Position numbers and translations under genes: made by a program
The notes under the pieces: generated by a model
Seen by the model: the letters and a program-made list of their open reading frames with translations, nothing else
What the model was told of the DNA's origin: nothing
Database searches by the model: none
Shown here: positions 28,984 to 38,724 of the stretch, one piece after another
Numbering within the stretch: the stretch's first letter is position 1
Layout of the letters: the number at the start of each line of letters is the position of its first letter
DNA from: an uncultured Alphaproteobacteria bacterium
GTDB taxonomy: Bacteria > Pseudomonadota > Alphaproteobacteria > UBA3830
Length of the DNA stretch: 64,000 nucleotides
Assembly: GCA_944390775.1 (NCBI GenBank)
Contig: CALXQQ010000015.1
Coordinates: 14,007 to 78,006, forward strand
Reading direction: 5' to 3'

Positions 28984-30013
28984 AGAAGATAAGAGAGTTG
29001 CTATTACGCCGGAAACAACTCGTAAATTTCTGAGCGCGGGTTTCGAGGTTATATTGCCACATGGTTATGGAGAATCTGCTAATTTTCCAGATAAGGACTA
29101 TAGCGACGCTGGAGCAACTTTATGCTCTGATCATGCAAAAGCTGACATCTATGTTTGCGTATCCCCTCCATCAAATGAAATAGAATTACCTGCAGGAAGT
29201 TATTTAATCGGACAATTAAATCTGAAAAAAGATAGAATCGCGTCTCTGTGCGAACGTGGCATCACCTGTTGCGCATTAGAGCGAATTCCACGGATTACGC
29301 GCGCGCAAAGCATGGATATTTTGTCCTCACAAGCGAACATTGTTGGTTATTGTGCGGTACTAGTAGCGTTGGAACACTATGAAAAAATATTTCCACTCAT
29401 GATGACAGCTGCGGGTACAATTCGCCCTGCTCGTGTTCTCATTCTCGGCGCAGGAGTTGCAGGATTACAGGCTATAGCAACAGCTAAACGTATGGGAGCC
29501 ATCGTATCTGCCTACGATGTAAGAAGCGTCACCAAAGAACAGGTAGAAAGCTTAGGAGCACGCTTCATAGAAGTAAGCAATGATTGTGATGGTGAAGGTA
29601 GTGGTGGCTATGCCAAAGAAATGAGCGATGAATATAAAAAACGACAACATGAAGTCCTATCCAATGTAATTAGTCAGCATGATATAGTTATCACAACAGC
29701 AAACGTTCCGAATGGAGCTTCTCCTCGCCTAATTACAAAAGACATGGTTGAAAAAATGCCAGCAGGCTCTGTTATCGTCGACACTGCTGCCGCAAATGGA
29801 GGCAACTGCGAAGTAAGTGAAAATGGAAAAATCATAAAGTGGTCAGGAGTCACAATAATTGGTTTTTCTAATCTTGCGGAAAAGGTCGCTTATGATGCAA
29901 GCCAACTATTTGCTCGTAATATTTTCAATTTTATAAAGCTAATGGTAAAAGATGATAGTATCGTTCTATCTGATGAAATCGTACAGGCGACTATAGTTAA
30001 GGAAATACAATGA
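28958..30013 (+). CDS. pntAA: NAD(P) transhydrogenase alpha subunit, part 1 (PntAA; dI domain)
   Basis: MRIGVVVNKEDKRVAITPETTRKFLSAGFEV...DKDYSDAGA and the Rossmann motif VLILGAGVAGLQAIATAKRMGA. No membrane domain follows. Confidence 0.8.
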   Translation: MRIGVVVNKEDKRVAITPETTRKFLSAGFEVILPHGYGESANFPDKDYSDAGATLCSDHAKADIYVCVSPPSNEIELPAGSYLIGQLNLKKDRIASLCERGITCCALERIPRITRAQSMDILSSQANIVGYCAVLVALEHYEKIFPLMMTAAGTIRPARVLILGAGVAGLQAIATAKRMGAIVSAYDVRSVTKEQVESLGARFIEVSNDCDGEGSGGYAKEMSDEYKKRQHEVLSNVISQHDIVITTANVPNGASPRLITKDMVEKMPAGSVIVDTAAANGGNCEVSENGKIIKWSGVTIIGFSNLAEKVAYDASQLFARNIFNFIKLMVKDDSIVLSDEIVQATIVKEIQ

Positions 30014-31317
30014 AAAATAAGTTATATGATGTCATACAAAAAACGAAAAAGCTTGGTGCTGATTATGTCGACATTCTATTTACACATACCTCGACCCTAA
30101 CGGTAGACAGTAGACATGCTAAACTTGAAAATGTTGTACAAGCCGAAAGAATATCTGCGCATATGCAAGTATCTGTTGGAAATTGCAGAACTGTAGTCAG
30201 CACAGATAACACAGACATTTTATTCAGCGAGAATTTCAGAGAAAAGGCCTTATTTGCCGCTCAAAATTCTCCAGAAGAAGAAGAATTAATAAGAGCAAAA
30301 ATTCACTGCTCAGATCCAATAGATCTAGACCTAGATGATGCTCAAACAGTAACCGCTCAGCAATTAGAAAATATAGCTGTAGAATGCGATGACTTAGTGT
30401 CACAGGTTCCTGGTATTTTTAATGTAGAAGGAGCATCAGCGACTCGAGAAAAATCTCACAAAATCCTAATAAGAGATAGCGATTTTTGCGGAGAATACTG
30501 TAGAACATTTAATGAAATCGCCGTTATTCCTATTGCAAAACAAAACGATCATATGGTGCAAGACTATGATTTTTCATGTGCAGTACACCGAGCAGATTTA
30601 CGCTCAACTAGTGATATTGCTTACACGGCAACGCAAAGAGCTCTAAAAAAATTAGGTGCTCGCAAAATCAATTCATGCAAATTGCCTGTTGTTTTTGATC
30701 GAAGAGTTGCATCTGAATTCCTAGGAGAATTTCTCGCTGCTGCCAATGGAGAAAATATTGCAAAAAACTCTAGCTTTTTACTGGGGAAACTTAACCAACA
30801 AATTTTTTCACAACATCTCACCATATGTGATGACTCAGCTATTAAACGAGGAATACGTTCTCGTCCATTTGATATAGACGGCGTATCTGCCTGTGCTAAT
30901 ACACTAGTCCAAGACGGATTTTTGCGTTCTTTTTTGCTTAACACAAAATATGCTACAAAATTGCAAATGCATACAACTGGACATGCAGCTAGTTTCGAGT
31001 CCATAGCCCCTACAAACGCATGGATCTTAAATGGACAGATGTCCGTAGCACAAATGTTGAAAAATTTGGATAAATGTCTTCTTGTAACAGAAGTATTTGG
31101 AAGTGGATTCAACATAGTGACAGGCGACTATAGCTGTGGAGTATTTGGTTTTTGGATTGAAAATGGACAACCACAATATCCAGTACATGAAATCACAATA
31201 GCAGGAGATTTCTTTACAATGGCTAAAGAATGCATGCCTGCAAATGACCTTATACAAGAAAAAGGAGTAGATAGTCCCAGCCTATACATGGGAGAAATGA
31301 CTGTTGGAGGAATCTAA
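30010..31317 (+). CDS. pmbA: PmbA/TldD-family metalloprotease (PmbA/TldE-like)
   Basis: Size and C-terminal pattern fit the family (LLVTEVFGSGFNIVTGDYSCGVFGFWIENGQPQYPVHEITIAGD). Confidence 0.75.
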   Translation: MKNKLYDVIQKTKKLGADYVDILFTHTSTLTVDSRHAKLENVVQAERISAHMQVSVGNCRTVVSTDNTDILFSENFREKALFAAQNSPEEEELIRAKIHCSDPIDLDLDDAQTVTAQQLENIAVECDDLVSQVPGIFNVEGASATREKSHKILIRDSDFCGEYCRTFNEIAVIPIAKQNDHMVQDYDFSCAVHRADLRSTSDIAYTATQRALKKLGARKINSCKLPVVFDRRVASEFLGEFLAAANGENIAKNSSFLLGKLNQQIFSQHLTICDDSAIKRGIRSRPFDIDGVSACANTLVQDGFLRSFLLNTKYATKLQMHTTGHAASFESIAPTNAWILNGQMSVAQMLKNLDKCLLVTEVFGSGFNIVTGDYSCGVFGFWIENGQPQYPVHEITIAGDFFTMAKECMPANDLIQEKGVDSPSLYMGEMTVGGI

Positions 31318-32534
31318 CTGTATTCTTTGATCCAATTGCACGCAAATTTTATACAGTCAGAGGTAGAGACATAGGCTGCACTTAACCAAAAGTGTCGAAC
31401 ATCTTTCATTAGTCTGCCTATTTCTTGTTTTGAAAGAGAAGCAATAAGATCGTTGGGAATATGCTTTATTGAGAACGAAAATACAGCAAATTCACTGGAA
31501 CAGTATTCTTTAAGGTTTCTCAACAAATCATGTGCTTCATCTTCAGTTAGAAGATGCAAATTCGCGTTAATTATATATATCACATAAAACTTTCTTAGAG
31601 AAACAGGTGTTTTTTTGATAGCCAATTTTATCTGATCCAAATCAACTAGAGACAGTGATATTAGTTGCATAACACTATTGGATAAGCGATATCGTTTGCG
31701 TAATTCCACAGACGAATAACCAGAGTGACGCAATAAAAATGCAAGTTTTTCGATAGGAGTCAACTCATCTAACGCAGAAAACATATACTTTATCTCAGAG
31801 ATCAAAAACAACGAATTTAGTATAAATTGCATATGCTTCACAACCGTCCGCCAATGAGAAACAGCCAGAATTTTTAACATTTCATTGATAATCCGCTCTC
31901 CGGAAATTAAGCACAAACCATCTGCTGATGCATTAATTATATCTAGCAGTGACGCATCAATATTTCCATCACCATAGTGGCCTGTAAATCTGAAAAAACG
32001 CAAAATCCTAAGAAAATCCTCGTTAATTCTTTGTACAGGATCCCCAATAAATCGTACTTTTCTAGCAGTAAGATCTTGAATGCCACCATGATAATCATAA
32101 AGCACTCCATACTTATCCAGATACATAGCATTTATGGTAAAGTCTCGTCTCAAAGAATCTTCATAAAAATTATCGATAAACTCCACTTGCGCTTTTCGTC
32201 CAAAGTTTCGAACATCCTTTCTCAAAGATGTTATTTCAAAAAATATATTGTTATATACAAGAGAAACAGTGCCATATTGTTCTGCAATAGCAACTACCCT
32301 CATATTATATTTATCTGCGATATTTCTAATATCCTTAGCTGTTGCCGTTGTCGCGATATCTACATCTACCGTAGATGAACAATTATTTGCTAGAAAATCT
32401 CTCACAATTCCACCCACTAAACGTGCCGCATATCCCTGTTGCTCGATAACAACAAGCATATGCAAAATTGTGTCGTGGAAATGATCTTTCTTCGTGAAAA
32501 AATTAGTTTTTTGCGTTACTTCCATTGTTTCCAA
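31314..32534 (-). CDS. cca: tRNA nucleotidyltransferase / poly(A) polymerase family (CCA-adding enzyme-like)
   Basis: ARLVGGIVRDFL, DVDIATTA and RRDFTINAMY motifs are present. Confidence 0.8.
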   Translation of the reverse strand: METMEVTQKTNFFTKKDHFHDTILHMLVVIEQQGYAARLVGGIVRDFLANNCSSTVDVDIATTATAKDIRNIADKYNMRVVAIAEQYGTVSLVYNNIFFEITSLRKDVRNFGRKAQVEFIDNFYEDSLRRDFTINAMYLDKYGVLYDYHGGIQDLTARKVRFIGDPVQRINEDFLRILRFFRFTGHYGDGNIDASLLDIINASADGLCLISGERIINEMLKILAVSHWRTVVKHMQFILNSLFLISEIKYMFSALDELTPIEKLAFLLRHSGYSSVELRKRYRLSNSVMQLISLSLVDLDQIKLAIKKTPVSLRKFYVIYIINANLHLLTEDEAHDLLRNLKEYCSSEFAVFSFSIKHIPNDLIASLSKQEIGRLMKDVRHFWLSAAYVSTSDCIKFACNWIKEYS

Positions 32535-32578
32535 TCAATTGTTTTAATATATTGTAGCTTATAAAGGAGAGCGGTTAA

Positions 32579-32815
32579 ATGGCCCAGGATATAGACAAAA
32601 TGGAATTTGAAGAGGCTATCTCAGAGTTAGAGAGTATCGCAAAAACACTTGAAGACGATAGACCCACATTAAAAGAATCTCTTCGATTGTATGAACGTGG
32701 CACTTTGTTAAAAAAACACTGTGAAGCAATTTTAGCTGCAGCTCAGTTAAAGATTAATCAAATAACCGTGGACAAAAACGGCACAATCAATGTTTCAGAA
32801 GTAAAGGAGATATAA
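32579..32815 (+). CDS. xseB: Exodeoxyribonuclease VII small subunit
   Basis: 78 aa with FEEAISELESIAKTLEDDRPTLKESLRLYERG. Confidence 0.85.
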   Translation: MAQDIDKMEFEEAISELESIAKTLEDDRPTLKESLRLYERGTLLKKHCEAILAAAQLKINQITVDKNGTINVSEVKEI

Positions 32816-33117
32816 TGGATATATTAATAGTTCCCCTATTGATATTGCTGAAAAGCATATTCAGTTTGCTGGTTTTTGTAGTAGTAGTAGATGTAATAAT
32901 CGGTTGGTTGATTGCTGGCGGTATTATCAACACATCATCCATAATTGTCTATTATATAGCTAACACTGTTTCCACTATATCAGAATGGATGTTGGCTCCT
33001 ATCAGACGACATATTCCTGTCACGGTGGGCACATTAGATATTTCGCCTGTGGTTCTGATGTTGCTACTTACCTTTGCAGAAAATGTTATCACACGTATTT
33101 TGATGAGGTTTGTGTAA
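32815..33117 (+). CDS. yggT: YggT family membrane protein
   Basis: 100 aa with 2-3 TMs. The pattern VVVDVIIGWLIAGGIIN...LDISPVVLMLLL matches YggT. Confidence 0.65.
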   Translation: MDILIVPLLILLKSIFSLLVFVVVVDVIIGWLIAGGIINTSSIIVYYIANTVSTISEWMLAPIRRHIPVTVGTLDISPVVLMLLLTFAENVITRILMRFV

Positions 33118-33968
33118 TGGCAGAGATAATTGATGGAAAAGCAGTCGCACAAGAGTTGCGTAATTCAATAAAAGCAATGGTATTAGAATTAGAAAATGCT
33201 GGAATATCCCCTACGCTAGCTCTAATTAATGCAAGCGCAGATCCGGCTAGCGCAGTATATATCCGACAAAAAGAACGAGTTGCTGCTGCTGTTGGAATTC
33301 GCACAAAAAATTATACCCTAGGTCCAAAGGCAAAATCATCTGAAGTTGCTAATCTTATTCAAGAGCTAAATGCTGATAACAGTGTCCATGCAATTTTACT
33401 ACAATCTCCTTTGGCGAATCATCTCAGTTTTCGCAATCTGGTTAATCTAATTAGCCCCGACAAAGATGTAGATGGACTGACTACGCTAAATCAAGGACGC
33501 CTTTTTTCCGGCGAACCGGGAGTTGTTCCATGCACTCCACTAGGTGTGTTGCACCTTTTGAGACTTGTCCATAAAGAACTGGCAGGATTGCATGCTGTAG
33601 TTTTAGGAAGATCATCAATTGTGGGAAAACCATTGGCTCAACTACTATTAAACGTCAATTGTACGGTGACTCTTTTGCACTCCTACTCTCAAGATTTGGA
33701 GAAAATTTGTCGCACAGCGGATATTTTAGTCTGCGCTATAGGTAAGCCTGAATTTATAGACAAAGATTTCATAAAACCAGGCGCAACTGTCATTGATGTT
33801 GGCGTAAATAGAATAGAGGTAGACGGTTCTGTGAAAATAGTCGGAGATGTATGCTTCGATAAGGTATCGGAAATAGCTGGACATATTAGCCCTGTGCCCA
33901 ATGGAGTCGGTCCTATGACAGTCGCATACTTAATGCACAATACTGTAAAATTAGCTTGTTGTTATTAG
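33117..33968 (+). CDS. folD: Bifunctional methylenetetrahydrofolate dehydrogenase/cyclohydrolase
   Basis: MAEIIDGKAVAQELR..., DKDVDGL, VVLGRSSIVGKPLAQLLL and GVGPMTVAYL are present. The start ATG at 33117 overlaps the yggT stop (TAATG). The ORF-track start 32985 is an upstream extension. Confidence 0.92.
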   Translation: MAEIIDGKAVAQELRNSIKAMVLELENAGISPTLALINASADPASAVYIRQKERVAAAVGIRTKNYTLGPKAKSSEVANLIQELNADNSVHAILLQSPLANHLSFRNLVNLISPDKDVDGLTTLNQGRLFSGEPGVVPCTPLGVLHLLRLVHKELAGLHAVVLGRSSIVGKPLAQLLLNVNCTVTLLHSYSQDLEKICRTADILVCAIGKPEFIDKDFIKPGATVIDVGVNRIEVDGSVKIVGDVCFDKVSEIAGHISPVPNGVGPMTVAYLMHNTVKLACCY

Positions 33969-33979
33969 AGAGGAATATT

Positions 33980-34555
33980 ATGAAGAAGGTTTGTTTTTTT
34001 GCATATGTTATGTGTTCGTGTTGTTTCGCGAAAGATCTCAGTATAGAGGAAATATCCGATACAGTTCGTGAACTAACTGGTCGCATAGAAGCACTTGAGA
34101 AGAAAATATCTGATAATGGATCAAATGAGACATCTGTAGCTTCTAGTGAATCGCAAGAAGATTTCGAAAAATTGGTTACAGGACAAAACCCCGAGGATCT
34201 TATCCGGCAGATAATCACGCATATAGATGAAAATGATATGAATTACGCTCGTGGATTAGTAGACGCATTTCTAAAACTAAATCCCGACAATATTTTTTGC
34301 GGAATGATGTTATTCCATAAAGGTGAGAGTTACTTCAGAGAAAAAGATTATAAAAATGCCGCAATGGCCTATATGCAAAGCTTTAAGAAAAATGCTACCG
34401 GCTCCAAATCAGCAGAAGCTCTATACAAACTAGCATTATGTTTTAATTTTCTAGATGAAAATGAAAAGTGTAAAGCTACTTTGGAAAAAATAGTAAGAGA
34501 CTATCCTGGAGAATTCGCAGAAAAAGCCAAGCGGAGACTGAAAAAATTTGCTTAA
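33980..34555 (+). CDS. cpoB: Tol-Pal-associated TPR protein CpoB/YbgF-like
   Basis: A signal peptide and a short coiled coil are followed by a TPR region (GESYFREKDYKNAAMAYMQSF...AEALYKLALCF). The gene is positioned upstream of tilS-ftsH as in many Alphaproteobacteria. Confidence 0.6.
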   Translation: MKKVCFFAYVMCSCCFAKDLSIEEISDTVRELTGRIEALEKKISDNGSNETSVASSESQEDFEKLVTGQNPEDLIRQIITHIDENDMNYARGLVDAFLKLNPDNIFCGMMLFHKGESYFREKDYKNAAMAYMQSFKKNATGSKSAEALYKLALCFNFLDENEKCKATLEKIVRDYPGEFAEKAKRRLKKFA

Positions 34556-35783
34556 TTCTACTTCTGATTCATGTTGGATATCTTTTCTGGACAGCGTTAA
34601 TGATATTTTTGCATTGTGTTCTGTTCCTGAAAAGATTGCAGTTGGCGTATCCGGCGGATCTGATAGCTGTGCATTGCTGCACCTATTGTGGAGGTGGGCG
34701 AAACAACATTCCATACGCCTGTACTGCGTAACTGTAAATCACCAGTTAAGAAATGACTCAGCAGAAGAAGCAAATTTTGTAAGCAAACTATGCTATAGGC
34801 TTAATGTTCCTCACATTGTACTCACATGGGAGCATGAAGATTATTCTGTTGGAAAAATCGAAAATGCAGCTCGTGAAGCGCGGTATCGCCTGCTTGAAGC
34901 ATTTTGCAAACAACACGATATTAAGTATTTATGCGTTGGGCATACTTGGAACGATCAATTAGAAACATTTGAAATGAGAAACGACAAAGGCAGTGCATCT
35001 TTTGGGTTAGCATGCATGAGTCGCATAAGATCTCTCAGCAAAAATGTGCAATTAATACGACCAGTATTGCGCTGTACCAGAGATCAGTTGCAGAATTATC
35101 TATTGCAAGAAAACAGCATTCCGTCTGCCAATCGCAACTGGTGTAACGATTCGATGAATGATAATGATATATTTCTTCGCGTGCAAAAACGACATTATCT
35201 GCAAAAATTATCAGAGAATGAATTGGCTGTAAAAAGCAAAACTATCATACAGGCAGGAGAGCAAAGACGAGCGATTGAAATGCAAGCCGTTCAATTCTTG
35301 AAAACTGTAACATTTTCTCCGTATGGATTTGCTCGTTTCAAAATCGATATTTTCAATAAAGAGCCTATTAACGTGCAACAAGAAATAATCAGAAGAATTA
35401 TCTGGAATATAGGTGGGAAAAAATACCCTACACCTGTCAGCGGCATCATGATAAATCAGATACTACATGGAACAACATGTACACTAGGTCGTTGCGTCAT
35501 CAGAAAAAGGCGCAGTGATATTTTCGTATGTAGAGAGAACCGCAACATACCCATATTATCTGTTAATGATTTTGCTTCTCGTCCTTTGATTTGGGACAAT
35601 CGATTTTTGATAACAGCAAATTCATATTTATTAAATAAATCGAGTGTAAATAAAGAACGCAAGCACCTGTCTAAAGCTGTACTACAGACTTTACCTTGTG
35701 TGACGGACGAGCATGGGATAAAATGTCCGATCGATGGTTTTTTGTTTGCAGAAAAAACTGGGCTTTTCGATGTTTTTTTATGA
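34548..35783 (+). CDS. tilS: tRNA(Ile)-lysidine synthase
   Basis: The PP-loop motif is VGVSGGSDSCALLHLL. GHTWNDQLET is also present. Confidence 0.85.
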   Translation: MLNSTSDSCWISFLDSVNDIFALCSVPEKIAVGVSGGSDSCALLHLLWRWAKQHSIRLYCVTVNHQLRNDSAEEANFVSKLCYRLNVPHIVLTWEHEDYSVGKIENAAREARYRLLEAFCKQHDIKYLCVGHTWNDQLETFEMRNDKGSASFGLACMSRIRSLSKNVQLIRPVLRCTRDQLQNYLLQENSIPSANRNWCNDSMNDNDIFLRVQKRHYLQKLSENELAVKSKTIIQAGEQRRAIEMQAVQFLKTVTFSPYGFARFKIDIFNKEPINVQQEIIRRIIWNIGGKKYPTPVSGIMINQILHGTTCTLGRCVIRKRRSDIFVCRENRNIPILSVNDFASRPLIWDNRFLITANSYLLNKSSVNKERKHLSKAVLQTLPCVTDEHGIKCPIDGFLFAEKTGLFDVFL

Positions 35784-35798
35784 TGAAGGAGAGTAGCC

Positions 35799-37703
35799 GT
35801 GACCAAAAACTATAGAAGCATGACTTTATGGGTAGCTGTAGCATGTTTCGTGTTTTTAATTTTTCAAGCGTTTAATGGAAATCGCGCAGAAATATCATCT
35901 ATAACCTATTCCGATTTTTTTTTTTTTTTTTATAGTGGAAGGGTTGCAAAAGTAACAATCAAAGGATTAACCATCGAAGGAGTTGGGAGTGATGGCCATA
36001 TGTTTTCAACCTATGACCCTCGAGATCCAGAGCTGGTAAAAAAACTTCTTGCTAAAGATGTACAAATCGTTGCGGCACCTCTCGAAGAACACTCTCCCCT
36101 ACTGCAGCTATTCCTCAGTTGGCTACCTCTACTGGTTTTGGGCGGATTCTGGTATTTCGCGCTCAGACAAATGCAAGCTGGCGGAAACAAGGCTATGGGA
36201 TTTGGTAGATCTAAAGCAAAGCTACTAAATGAAAAAACCAAAAAAGTCACATTCGCCGACGTAGCAGGAGTAGAAGAAGCGCAGCATGAGCTTGAAGAAA
36301 TTGTCGATTTCCTGAAGGACCCGCAGAAATTCCGCAGATTAGGCGGCAAAATTCCCAAAGGCGTACTGCTAGTTGGACCTCCGGGCACAGGAAAAACCCT
36401 ACTAGCTCGAGCAATTGCGGGTGAAGCTGATGTGCCATTTTTCAGCATATCAGGTTCGGAATTTGTGGAAATGTTTGTCGGTGTTGGAGCGAGTCGTGTG
36501 CGCGATATGTTCGAGCAAGGCAAGAAAAATGCCCCTTGCATTATTTTCATAGATGAGATAGACGCAGTTGGGCGACATCGTGGTTTTGGCTTAGGAGGCG
36601 GAAACGACGAGCGAGAGCAAACACTTAATCAGCTTCTTGTTGAGATGGATGGCTTTGAAGAAAATAACGGTGTTATAGTCATTTCAGCTACCAATCGTCC
36701 AGATGTGTTAGATCCTGCATTGTTGCGTCCTGGACGTTTTGATAGGCGCGTCTATGTACTAAATCCAGACATTCGTGGACGAGAGAAAATTTTGCGTGTC
36801 CATCTGAAAAAAGTACCGTTATCATCAGATGTAGATCCATTGATTTTGGCCAGGGGCACGCCGGGATTTTCCGGAGCGGATTTAGCTAATTTAGTGAATG
36901 AAGCCGCTTTGCTATCTGCTAGACGTGGCAAACGCGTAGTGGGCATGGATGAATTAGAAGATGCGAAAGATAAAGTCATGATGGGCACCGAACGACGCTC
37001 TATGGTAATGACAGACGCCGCAAAAAAATTAACCGCATATCATGAAGCTGGGCATGCAATAGTTGCTCTCAATATCGCGGAAGCAGATCCTGTATATAAG
37101 GTTACCATTATTCCGCGCGGGCAAGCATTGGGACTAACTATGCAGCTGCCTGAAAATGATCGCATCTCTCTGGCTCGCGTAAAATTGGAAGCAGATTTGT
37201 CTGTTGCGTCTGGTGGACGTATCGCAGAAGAAATGATTTTCGGATATGACAGCGTTACATCTGGCGCTTCGTCTGATATCAATCAAGTAACGCGCATAGC
37301 ACGACTAATGGTGGTTGAATGGGGCATGAGCGATAAGCTTGGTTTCATATCCTATGCCGGTGATGATAATATATCATCTGAAACTGAAAAAATCATCGAC
37401 GGAGAGATACGCAGAATTGTCGATAAAGCTTACAACAGAGCTCGTAAAATACTGGAAGAGCACAGCAAAGAGCTGGAATTGCTAGCTCAAGGTCTGCTAG
37501 AGCATGAAACCCTTACTGGCGATGAAATTAAGACTATTCTCGAAGGGAACAAAATTGAAAGAAAAAAGAAAGCAGTAGCTGCACCTGAAACTGCAAAATC
37601 GAAAATGCCTACAGGAGAGGCCATCGATGAAACTGCAACCGAAACTCCGAAACGCAGCTCTACTTCTCGTAAAAAATCCACCAAAAAGGATGGTGCATCA
37701 TAA
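35799..37703 (+). CDS. ftsH: ATP-dependent zinc metalloprotease FtsH
   Basis: Walker A is [18 protein letters not shown], Walker B is [12 protein letters not shown] is [19 protein letters not shown], and the Zn site is [10 protein letters not shown]17 tract sits at 35915-35931. Confidence 0.95.
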   Translation: MTKNYRSMTLWVAVACFVFLIFQAFNGNRAEISSITYSDFFFFFYSGRVAKVTIKGLTIEGVGSDGHMFSTYDPRDPELVKKLLAKDVQIVAAPLEEHSPLLQLFLSWLPLLVLGGFWYFALRQMQAGGNKAMGFGRSKAKLLNEKTKKVTFADVAGVEEAQHELEEIVDFLKDPQKFRRLGGKIPKGVLLVGPPGTGKTLLARAIAGEADVPFFSISGSEFVEMFVGVGASRVRDMFEQGKKNAPCIIFIDEIDAVGRHRGFGLGGGNDEREQTLNQLLVEMDGFEENNGVIVISATNRPDVLDPALLRPGRFDRRVYVLNPDIRGREKILRVHLKKVPLSSDVDPLILARGTPGFSGADLANLVNEAALLSARRGKRVVGMDELEDAKDKVMMGTERRSMVMTDAAKKLTAYHEAGHAIVALNIAEADPVYKVTIIPRGQALGLTMQLPENDRISLARVKLEADLSVASGGRIAEEMIFGYDSVTSGASSDINQVTRIARLMVVEWGMSDKLGFISYAGDDNISSETEKIIDGEIRRIVDKAYNRARKILEEHSKELELLAQGLLEHETLTGDEIKTILEGNKIERKKKAVAAPETAKSKMPTGEAIDETATETPKRSSTSRKKSTKKDGAS

Positions 37704-37753
37704 TAACATTTTCAGTTGTTTTAACTGGGATCGGCTGTAGGCTAGATAAGTTA

Positions 37754-38644
37754 TTGGGAACGATTCTGCCTACAGTGTCTCGCACAAAAATAAAAGAAGT
37801 AATAAAGGTAGGAGGTGTTTTGGTCAATGGAAATACCACTCAGGATCCTGATCAGCGCCTTAAGATGGGAGATCTCATCGAAATACAAGAAGAGATCAAG
37901 CCGAAAAAACCAAGCCTCACGCCGGATGACTCTGTAAAGTTCGATATCCTATACGAAGATGAATCCTTGTTGGTAATTAATAAACCTGCAGGAGTAGTCG
38001 TACATGCTGGAGCAGGCAACCTAGATCATACTCTGGTAAATGGCCTACTGGCTCACTGTAGCAATTTATCAGAAGGAAGCGATGAATTCCGACCTGGAAT
38101 TGTGCATCGTATCGATAAAGATACAAGCGGAATTCTTGTGGTTGCAAAAAACGATTTTGTGCACATGGAACTCGCAAAGCAATTTGCAGAACATTCGATA
38201 GGTCGGCGATATATCTGCTTTTGTTACGGAATCCCACGATTTGCGTCCGGTACTTTTGATTCCTTTATCGCACGAGATAGAAATAATCCATTGAAAATGA
38301 CAATAACACATGCCAAAGGAAAACGCGCCATAACACATTATAAAGTTCAACAAATATTTTGTAATTCATTTAGCAAAATTGAATGCGAACTTGAAACCGG
38401 CCGAACACACCAAATTCGTGCTCATATGTCCAATGCAGGACATCCCCTTATCGGTGATCAGATATACATGCGCCGCTCGAACAACAGCAATATTGCACAA
38501 GCTGTGAAGGATTTTCCTCGTCAAGCATTACACGCATACTATTTGCAGTTCAGACATCCAATAACAGGAAACAACATGCAGTTCAATTCTGAAATGCCTG
38601 CAGATATGCTGTACCTAGAAAATCTATTGAAAAATCTCACATAA
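37754..38644 (+). CDS. rluD: 23S rRNA pseudouridine synthase RluD family
   Basis: HRIDKDTSGILVVAK holds the catalytic Asp. TGRTHQIRAHM and LHAYYLQFRHPITG are also present. S4-like homology appears to begin upstream of the annotated TTG. Confidence 0.85.
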   Translation: MGTILPTVSRTKIKEVIKVGGVLVNGNTTQDPDQRLKMGDLIEIQEEIKPKKPSLTPDDSVKFDILYEDESLLVINKPAGVVVHAGAGNLDHTLVNGLLAHCSNLSEGSDEFRPGIVHRIDKDTSGILVVAKNDFVHMELAKQFAEHSIGRRYICFCYGIPRFASGTFDSFIARDRNNPLKMTITHAKGKRAITHYKVQQIFCNSFSKIECELETGRTHQIRAHMSNAGHPLIGDQIYMRRSNNSNIAQAVKDFPRQALHAYYLQFRHPITGNNMQFNSEMPADMLYLENLLKNLT

Positions 38645-38724
38645 AAGAATTGGGCTACATGCAAAAATCGCACGCAGCCCAAAAATCCCGCTACAAGAAA
38701 GTATCGGGAGCAAAATCAAATCGA

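Noticed and set aside
30621-31115. 164-aa ORF on the - strand
   Set aside because: It is antisense to pmbA and has no recognisable features. It is a shadow ORF.
36011-36550. 179-aa ORF on the - strand
   Set aside because: It is antisense to the AAA+ core of ftsH. The low-complexity S/P/A-rich translation marks it as a shadow ORF.
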